Positions 63,084 through 64,000 of a stretch of 64,000 nucleotides of DNA are shown piece after piece. The stretch comes from a virus (lineage: Duplodnaviria; Caudoviricetes). The DNA lies in the IMG/VR virus record IMGVR_UViG_642918881_000001, positions 5,905 through 69,904 of that record. One strand, written 5' to 3'. The notes under the pieces are model-generated. The model worked only from the letters and a program-made list of their open reading frames with translations, was not told where the DNA came from and ran no database searches. Position numbers and translations under genes: made by a program. Position 1 is the stretch's first letter. Each line of letters starts with the position of its first letter.

Positions 63084-63764
63084 TTACGCCTCGGCCTTGG
63101 CAGCCTTGCGGGCTGCGCGGCGCTCGCGGCGCTTGGCCAACCGCTCGGCCTTGGCGTCGGCCGTCTCGTTGGCGCGCTTGGCGGCGCGGCGGGCGGCACG
63201 GCGGGCCTTGCGGGCAGCCACCTTGTCGGCGTCGGCAACCTCGGCCTCCACCTGCTCGATGGTGGCGTCGGCCTCGGGCTTGACCTCGGTGGTGTCCAGC
63301 TCGGCCAGGGCCTCCTCCAGGTCACCCTCTGGGTCGGCAGCCTCGACCGGCTGGGGCTCGGGGTCGGCGGCAACCTCGGGCAGCTCGGCGGCGGGCTTGC
63401 TGGCCTTCTTGGCGGTCTTGGTGCCCTTGGCCTTGGGCGCGTTCTTGGCCTCGATCAGCGCGTTGATGGCCTCCTCCTGCCAGCCATCGGCGGCGGCGAA
63501 GTCACCGACGCTGACCACGCCTTGGACGCTGGTGGGCACGGCGGGCACCACGGTGGCCTGGTAGCCCTGCTCGGCGAAGTACGCGCCGACCTTGCCGCTG
63601 CCCGCCTTCGCGGCGGCGGCTGCGGACTTGTGCCAGCTGTACGGACCCCAGTTGGTGCCGTCCTCGTTGCCGGTCATCAGGACGTGGGTGTAGGCCATGG
63701 ACCCGGTGGTGCGGGTGAAGGTGGTGCCGTTGGGGGCGGTGGCGGTGAAGGTGATGGTGGCCAT
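63084..63764 (-). CDS. hypothetical protein with acidic linker and Ala/Arg/Lys-rich C-terminus
   Basis: AAGGAG RBS; first gene after cassette copy 7. Confidence 0.75.
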   Translation of the reverse strand: MATITFTATAPNGTTFTRTTGSMAYTHVLMTGNEDGTNWGPYSWHKSAAAAAKAGSGKVGAYFAEQGYQATVVPAVPTSVQGVVSVGDFAAADGWQEEAINALIEAKNAPKAKGTKTAKKASKPAAELPEVAADPEPQPVEAADPEGDLEEALAELDTTEVKPEADATIEQVEAEVADADKVAARKARRAARRAAKRANETADAKAERLAKRRERRAARKAAKAEA

Positions 63765-63790
63765 TTTGGTGCTCCTTGCGGTTGTGCGTA

Positions 63791-63851
63791 GCGGGGCGGT
63801 CCCGCCGTGCTGATGTATGAACACTAACCCGCCTTAGTCGGGTAAGTCAAG
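63791..63851 (-). promoter_or_regulatory. repeated promoter/operator cassette, copy 7
   Basis: TTGACT-N18-TAGTGT plus hairpin. Confidence 0.85.
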
Positions 63852-64000
63852 ACGACCACGGAAGAAAGTTTTTGCAGGTCACAGCGTCTTTTACGTCCAC
63901 CCCTGGTACCGCCCCCGGTGTCCGGCTCCGTGTATTTAGACTAACCTGTTATCCTCCGGCCTCACAACTCCTCCGGCAGGTGGTCGGTTATGCTCCGGCC

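Noticed and set aside
10571-63851. Repeated ACCCG-N7-CGGGT motif as CRISPR repeats or integron attC/attP sites
   Set aside because: Copies are dispersed over kilobases, always embedded in a -35/-10 promoter, and no cas, integrase or recombinase gene is recognisable in the window.
63915-64000. CTCCGG short repeats at the window end
   Set aside because: Possibly the start of a repeat region, but truncated by the window so it cannot be evaluated.

Overview
A 64-kb, high-GC segment of a siphoviral actinobacteriophage. Gene content and order match mycobacteriophage cluster B, and no integrase is visible, so it is probably lytic. The left arm runs rightward: portal (5' end outside the window), MuF/capsid-maturation protease fusion, two capsid proteins, a holin-like membrane trio, major tail, head-tail connectors, tail assembly chaperone, a 2026-aa tape measure and minor tail/fibre genes. 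The middle holds a small leftward HTH cluster and lysin A/lysin B. A leftward replication block follows (Cas4-like exonuclease, ParB/DGQHR-like protein, SF2 helicase, primase-polymerase/helicase, DUF6378, family A DNA polymerase), then a structured divergence region near 50 kb and many small accessory genes. Most notable observations: (1) a 70-nt tRNA-like cloverleaf with a truncated anticodon arm at 60081-60150; (2) seven copies of a promoter cassette whose -35/-10 spacer is a palindrome with a 7-bp core found in both orientations; (3) a displaced second tail-chaperone paralog with G/GT-like frameshift geometry; (4) systematic leaderless TANNNT starts on rightward genes versus a CACAACCA start-associated motif on leftward genes; (5) in-frame internal start signals in lysin A, the exonuclease and the protease. 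All product calls come from motif recognition and synteny, not database searches.
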